Assembly: GCA_048013815.1 (NCBI GenBank)
Contig: CM106586.1
Coordinates: 3,534,001-3,598,000, forward strand
DNA length: 64,000 nt
Source: Setoptus koraiensis
Taxonomy: Eukaryota > Animalia > Arthropoda
Direction: 5' to 3'
Shown here one piece after another: positions 57,012 through 64,000 of the stretch. The position numbers were made by a program, and so were the translations under genes. Every line of letters begins with the position of its first letter. The first letter of the stretch is position 1. The notes below the pieces were generated by a model, which did not search any database, was not told the origin of the DNA, and saw nothing but the letters and a program-made list of their open reading frames with translations.

Positions 57012-57525
57012 CCGGCGAGAGCGCCCGACGAGAGTGCCCGACGAATAATGCGAGCCGCGTTGTGCCGTCATGCGAGCGCAGCTGCTACGTCATGTGAGCG
57101 TATCTGTTGCGTCATATATGTGTCATATATGTGTCATATATGACGCAACATCATGACATAACCATCATGACATAACAGTCGTTGTGAGCCCCGAAAACAA
57201 TCAAACAATCCAATGAGCGTCACACTCGTAACCGTGCTCACAATGTAACGGCGCTTCTGGGGTCAAGCTAAGGTTAGTGAGAGCTTTGGCGATTGCGCAA
57301 CAAGCGCCATTGTACATAGCGCGCTGTTATTCGGCTGTCCGGCCATTTGGCTGTTGGGACCGATAACGGTAGCTGTTGCGCAATGCGGTTGGCGTTGCAC
57401 GAAGCCGCCATAAATGATGATGATAATAAATTAATGGCGGGCGCAAGTATTGCTACAGCGACACCGGCTATTGTGTGCGCCAGGTCTGGTGTGTGAGCTC
57501 GGACAATTGGCCAGCATGCAATATC

Positions 57526-57559
<34 letters not shown>

Positions 57560-60500
57560 GGCAACAACAACAGCAACAATGAGTGAACGGGATGCCAGCA
57601 GCGGAGCCGTTTCAATCAGCGCAAGCGGCTATATGAGTCGTGCTGCATGTTGCACAACGACCGACATACAATCTATTGTGCCATCTCAATATATGACCCA
57701 ATGGTAATTGAGATCATGGCCGGAAGTGGCCAGCGTCGCTGGCCAACAAAGCAGCGGCCATCGGATAGGCCGGCGCTTTGTGTGAGCGCCAGCAAAAACT
57801 AACGGTCGTTGGTTGGTTCTAATTAAAAGCTCGCTGCTGTCGCCGGCCGGCCGGCCGGCCGACTGACCAACGGCGCCAGCAGCAGCAACAGCGGCAACAA
57901 CGACAACAACAACAACAAAAACGACAACATCGACAACAACGACAACCACGGCTCATTGTCACTGTTGTCGCTGAATCTCAAAATTGCAGCCACTGACAAT
58001 TACGCGCCACAATTATTGTGTTAGGCGAGCTTCTGTTCTGGCGATCACACACTATTTTTGTTACTCTTTTATTTATCACAGCGCCGCTTTGTCGACTGTT
58101 GCCGTCGTTGTCGCTGTTGTTGTCGTTGTCGTTGTCGTTGTTGCTGTTGTCGTTGTTGCCGGCGCCGGCGCCGGTCATGACTCGCTCACCTGAGTGCGCT
58201 CACAACGGTCACTCACCAGCCGAGCAGCGTCACAGGTGAGCCACGCCGGGCCGGCCACTGCCACAGGTCACCTGTGACAGGTGAGCTGCGCACAGGCCAG
58301 CCGTGACGGGGCCGCATTGAGGGGCGAGCATCCTGCTCGCCGTTATTTGTACCGGTTGTTAGTGGGCACCGTTGCTCGCTCTCGAACTGACCGCTGGTCA
58401 GTTACTCGGCACCGTTAGTCGGTGCCGTCACTCGATACCGTTAGCCGGTGCCGTCACTCGATACCGTTATTCGGTTGGTCGGTGGCGTTGGTCGGTTGCG
58501 GTTGTGCTCGAGCATGGTGTCGCATTGACAAATTGCGACAAATGGCCGCTCATTTGTTTGCGTTGCGCGTTTGCCAAAGCTTGCGCCAGAGGTGATTTTG
58601 CGTGATTGCCACTGGCCAGTCGGCGGCTCCGGAAACAAGCGACGACCAGCAAACAAGCGACGACCAGCAAACGAGCGACGACCGGCAAACAAATCAGCTG
58701 GCCAACTGTCAACGATGCACCTGTTACGACAACTTGTTGCTTTGTCGCGGCTCACGCACAGCGGCTCGCATGTGACACAACTGTATAATTGTTACGCAAG
58801 CCCGGTTGCGTAACAGTTACACAGTTATACAGTGTATGCAGTGTGATCGGCCGACACAAATGTGTGAGCGGCGTCGCCCACGCTGACATTGAATGTGCGA
58901 GAATGATTGCACCGCGTTGGGCCAGTCAATATAGTCAATATAGTCAGGACAGTGCGGCCAGCGGGCACAGTTGAGCCAGCAACTTGTCAACAGTGTCAAC
59001 CTGTTCCGTTGCTCGCTGGCGCCCGATTCCGTCCCGATCAGCTGGTCGCCGGTCGCTCAGGCGCCGGCCGTGTGACAGCCGGCCCGGACAGTGACCGCCG
59101 TTTCGTTTGTTTAAGCTGTCGCCTTTGCACTGGCGTCGGCCGTCATGAGTCGAGCCGAACTGGGCAACTTGTGACGGTCGATGCCGGCTATTAATTTAGC
59201 GCCAGCGTCATTCCGCCGCCAGCCCGTTGGTCGGTGTCCGGCGAGCGCTGGCGGCCGAGCGGCAGCGAAATTGCGCAAGCCGCTCAGCTGTGAAAGTTGT
59301 CAGGTGAATCCCGTTCTGACGCTCGCTCGCACTGTCGCTCTGGCACTGTCGCTGTCGGACCGAGAGTGTCGGTCACTCTCGAGTCTCGAGTCTCGAATTT
59401 CGAGTCGAGTCTCTCGACTCGAGAGCGACACTTGAGCAACGTGCTCGTCGTCATGACAGTTATTATGCAATGCTGTTATGCAATGTCGTTGCGCAATGTT
59501 ATTATGCAATGTGTGTGTGCGGCAATAATTAGTGAAAATTTATATCTGTCTTATGTCCGTCTGTCGTGTGTGTGTGTCTCGACAATCGCGTCCCGTTATT
59601 AATGCTGTTTATTAATGCCCCTCGCGCCGGCTCGCTCTGCCCGCGTCTCATGAATAGTCAGTGCACTGAGACGGGCCGCCGAAACGCGGGCCGCCCGATA
59701 CGCCGACCGGACAATTTATGTGTCCACTGTGTATCGCGGTCGCTCGCTGGCCGATCCGTCGTTTTGACGTTCGTTTTTGGCTCGCCGACCGCTCTGGCCG
59801 CGCTCGCCCAACTGGCCGCCGTCGGACGCGAATTTGCCAAACTGGACAAATTTGCCAACACATTTCGCTCACAACAACACTCGCCCGCTTGCAGCCGCTG
59901 CACACTGACCGGCCTGGGAGGGGCGAGTCGCCGAGTGGCGCAGTCGGCCAGTTGGGTGCGACCGGCCGGCCACTGGCGCTCGGCTGGCCCGACGGAACCG
60001 GATTGCGCGCTTGTTTGTTCTGCGCTTGTCCGGCGCGGCCACTTCCGGCCGCCGCTGCGTCGTACCGCACAACACACCTTTTTGCCGCACAACAACTTTT
60101 TGTTTGTGGCGACCGCACTGCGCCATGGCTGATCCGTCTAGCCGGACGAGCGGCCGATCGGGCCGAGTTGGGCGGCCAGCTGACCGGGCCAGAGTCCGAC
60201 TCTGAGAGTCGGGCGAGCGAAAGTGATTGATGGGCCAGCGCATGCAAATTGGCGTCCATCGCAGCGCCGTTGTCGCCGACATTGGCCGGCAGTGTGCGTG
60301 AAATGCGCTGCGATTTGCATTTGCTCAATTATATATTCATCGTGCCATCGGCGGCGGTCAGTGCGCGGCGCTGCGCAAATGGCGCGATAAATGGCGGCCG
60401 GTGAAAAATGGCCAAAACTAATATCGCGTCGTCGCTGTTTTTTCATTAATCGCGCCACGGCCGACCGACACACAGCAACAAGTGTCAGCGTTGTCGTTGT

Positions 60501-63100
60501 TGTCGTTGCTGTCGCTGTCGTTGTTGTCGTTGCTGTCGCTGTTGTTGTCGCTGTCGCTGTTGTTGTCGTTGTTGGTGTGCGTTGGCCCGACTGGCGTCGG
60601 CCGGCGGCGCCGGCTCGCCCAACGCCGCTCGTTGGCCGTTAACGGGCAACCAGTTAATATTGGCATTAATTGTTGCCGTCATTGTGGCCGACGAGCGGCC
60701 GACAGCGCCAGCGAAATGAAGCGAAAAGCGGGACGAGACTCGAAAACAATTACGCACAGCGGACAAGTGATGAGAGGGCACAACAAGCTGGCGAGCGAGC
60801 TACAAATAGCGAAAAAATTGCCAAAAGTTGCCATTCCCAATTGGCGACCGACCGAACGACTGAACGACCGAACGACTGAACGACTGAACGACCGAACGAC
60901 TGAAAAATGAGCCAATGACAACGCGAAAACCAACGGCCGCCCGTGTCACGTATGGCAACGGGCTCGCGCTCGCTTGCGGTCGCAATTGCCGTTACCTGTC
61001 GCCCGTTGCTGTGCACTGTTACTGTTACGTAATGTTACTGTTACGTAATGTTACTCTTACATGATTCGTGTTACCTAAGGTTACGTAATACGATCGCTCG
61101 CACTGTTGCTGGCCGGCCGGCTATCGAACGGTATCAGCGATGATTGCGTAATGATCGCCAGCGCCAGCGCCGATCTGGGCTGTGACTGGCTCGACTGACA
61201 CTCGTCGCGCGAGCGCACCAGCCCACAGGCTCACAAGTGTCAGCTGGGCCGAGTATCGGCCGACCATCGGCTGACAGCCAGCGACAACCGGCCCGGCACG
61301 TTGCAAGTGGCGCCACCAAACCGTACCGTGCCCAATTGCGTGCCGCGGAACATATTGCCCGAGTACCGTGCCGCGAAATATTGTGCCCAATTGCGTGCCC
61401 CGAAATATTGTGCCCAAGTACCGTGCCAAAATAGCGTGCCAAATGAGCGTGTAGTAAATAAATACAGTAAATACAAACCCATACATAATATACCCAAACC
61501 CTGACGGGCTAACCCGGCAAATGGATTAGCGGGCGTCAGTTTGGGCGCACCGACGGGACGCACACGCTCAAGTTACGTCATATTGGCATGTCGGTGTGTC
61601 GGTGTGTCGGCGTGTGGGCACTTGGGCCGTGACAGCGCGCACAGCGATGACACACCGATTAGATGGTATCGCCTGTTGGCCGCTTGGCGCCGCTCGCAAC
61701 GACACTGCGTTGTCGGTCATCAGAGCAGGGGGACATTACGACACGGACACACTCGATTCTGCCAATGACAGCCGATGCTCGGCCGACCTGACAGTCAGCT
61801 GATAGTCACCTGATAGTCAGCTGATAGTACGGACCGGCCAGCTGAGTGGCCGGCTGAGTGGCCGGCGGACGGGCAAGGTCGCCGTGTGTCGGCCGGCGTG
61901 GGGGCCGCGCAAACAAGCGTAAGGCACCGTGCGCGCTTGTCACGCGGGCACGGTCATCCTTTTTCGATGAGCTCGCCGCGTCGCGAGAGCGGCCAACGGG
62001 TCAACAACACACACACACACTCGAACGTCATGTTGGGAACATGTGTTATTGACATGTGTCAAGTCGAGTGACAGCTCGCCAACTCGACCGGCGATTGCGC
62101 CGTCTCTGACACAAGCGCTCACATTGGCTGGTCACTGGTCGCACAGGCCGTGCGCTGTAACTGACACACGAATCAAGGTGACTTATTTATGGTCACTGTC
62201 GCTGTTTGTTTGGCCAACAGTTTTGGCCAACAGTTTTGGCCAACAGTGACAGCGGCGGCCGCTCGCGACGCCGAGCAAAACAATAAATCGCCAGCGAGCT
62301 GTCAGGCGGCCAGCGCGAGCGGCCCTCTGTCGACCGTGTCTGTTGACTCTGCTGACTGTGTCGACTGAGTTGACTCGGCTGACTGCTGAACTCTCCAAGT
62401 GTGTCGTTGCCAACAAGTGGTCAGTTCATCCAATCAGTGCCAACGGATCGCATTTCGCAGATTGCATTGGCAATAATTAACTTGGCGCTCGCTGGCTTTA
62501 ATTACGCTCTCACCTGTGCCACTCACCTGTGAGCGCAAGCCACATGGAGCTGCCAGTTAATTATGTTGCCCAATGAGCGAAATTATCTCATCGTTTGTAT
62601 TGCGCAATAGATTCATGAGCGCGCAACAGCCAACAATATTAACAACATTAACAATATTAGCAATATTAACAATATTGTGTCTGTCTGTCGCATGCAAATG
62701 CAAGCGCTCGGCACGGCACTGATAGCGGCCATCAATCTCTGCTCGGATCACATCCTTTGCATGCCTGTATCTGGATAATGGATAATTATGCAATATCATG
62801 GCAATATCATGGCAATATTATGGCAATATTTTAATCCATTTAGAATCTGCATTCCGGCTGCTAGCAAAGCGGCGCGCGCGTTTGTCGCTTGCGCTGCTAT
62901 TTGCACAAATGTGTGCGCGCATTTGTGCAAATATCAATTTGTGCAAATCTCGGATTGTGCAAATCGCGAATTGTGCAAATCTCAATTGCGAGCGGCCGAC
63001 CATCGACGAGTAATAAGTTTGTTATCGCCGCTTGTAATTTATTAGCCCACGATGAGCCCATGATAAGCGAGCCGGCCGTTGGTTGGGCGCCGCACCATTA

Positions 63101-63154
63101 CTATTGCCACTATTGCCACTATTGCCACTATTGCCACTATTGCCATTATTGCCA
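63101..63154. repeat. Tandem repeat, 9-nt unit CTATTGCCA x6
   Basis: Seen directly. Confidence 0.9.
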
Positions 63155-64000
63155 GCCAGAGATACTATATAAACTCTTTAGAGCGAGAGAGACTCTTTAC
63201 GCGATTAATGACGGAATAATGGTTACGTAATTACTGCAGCCACGGCCACAGCCCTGCTTGTGCGAGCTGCAGCCAGCGACACTTGATTAATGACAGTTGA
63301 GCCATAGATATTTATGATCGCATGGATAGATGTTATCAGGCTCGTTATTAGCTGTTGTTCAGTTGCAACAACAACAACAGCGCCAACAACAACGATATCG
63401 CGTCCGTCTTGTCGGGCCTTCGTTTATCTGGCCATCTTTGCAATCGAGAGATCGCTTTCATGCCCTAATTGTGAGCGTCTGTTTTTATCCCCCGTGCAGC
63501 TAATTAATCTCTGGCCGGCCAATCTCGGGCACGGTTTGGCCGGGCCGGCCCGGCCAGACCGTGCCCAGGCGACCATGGGCTGGCCGGTGGCTTACGCTTG
63601 CGCCGCACGCTTTATGCACACTTTATGCACACTTTTGCCACATCAATGCCATCAACCCCAGGGTCTTTCGCACTCACAAGTGTCAGTCTCGCCAATCTCG
63701 ATAACACATAATATAAAGATTATAAATTGCACATTATATACGCTACTACATACTGCCAATGTGTATGCCGGCCCCTCGCGGCGGGCCCCGGCATTACATT
63801 CTGGAGACGATGCCGACGCTTGGCTCTGGCAACACGTCGAGACAGAGTCCGAGACACGGGCAAGTGGCTGCGAGCCGCACTTGCCAGCAGTTGGTGCCAG
63901 CAGCGCAAGAGCGCGCCTCGTGTGCCAACGAGTGATTGTTTGATGGCGCTCATAACGGTCGCAATAACAATATTACCTGTTGAAACCGTTAAAACCGTCA

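Noticed and set aside
55500-64000. Additional hillarin exon (expected about YAGLHC) and many 60-226-aa ORFs
   Set aside because: No matching exon with a phase-2 acceptor was found, and the ORFs are repeat or GC artefacts. The gene likely continues beyond the window.
1-64000. tRNA, rRNA, snRNA genes, transposase/RT ORFs and telomeric repeats
   Set aside because: No A/B-box tRNA cloverleaf, U1/U2/U4/U5/U6 signature, rRNA segment, DDE/RT motif or (TTAGG)n tract was recognised by eye. tRNAscan-SE or Infernal would be decisive.

Overview
This is eukaryotic (animal, arthropod-like) genomic DNA with spliceosomal GT-AG introns. No CRISPR array, rRNA, tRNA or recognisable transposase/RT was found. 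Intronless SEC23 and PRP16, short 5'-biased introns, 30-150 bp gaps between convergent genes and shortened housekeeping proteins suggest a streamlined acariform (eriophyoid-like) mite genome; the taxon is an inference. The window has two compartments. The first is a dense AT-richer housekeeping block (about 8.6-21.3 kb and 35-37.6 kb): orphan, CWC27, SEC23, DHX38/PRP16, MRPL47, PHB2, then MPP10, RPS13 and an NRARP-like gene. The second is GC-rich, microsatellite- and palindrome-laden non-coding DNA around a 1579-aa orphan, an SDR and hillarin. An FNDC5/irisin-like FN3 membrane-protein gene with a 7.8-kb intron lies between the two housekeeping segments. Most striking observations: a 157-aa mini-Mpp10; N-terminally truncated Prp16; Sec23 with an about 80-aa-expanded Pro-rich loop; an FN3 domain split by an about 165-aa insertion; an inverted pair of perfect Su(H)/CSL sites upstream of the NRARP-like gene; a multi-hairpin/pseudoknot RNA candidate between SEC23 and DHX38; an Exo84-like pseudogene whose TGA sits in the loop of an 11-bp hairpin; and dense bZIP/E-box palindrome clusters in hillarin introns. 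All homology calls come from motif recognition and recalled reference sequences, not from database searches.
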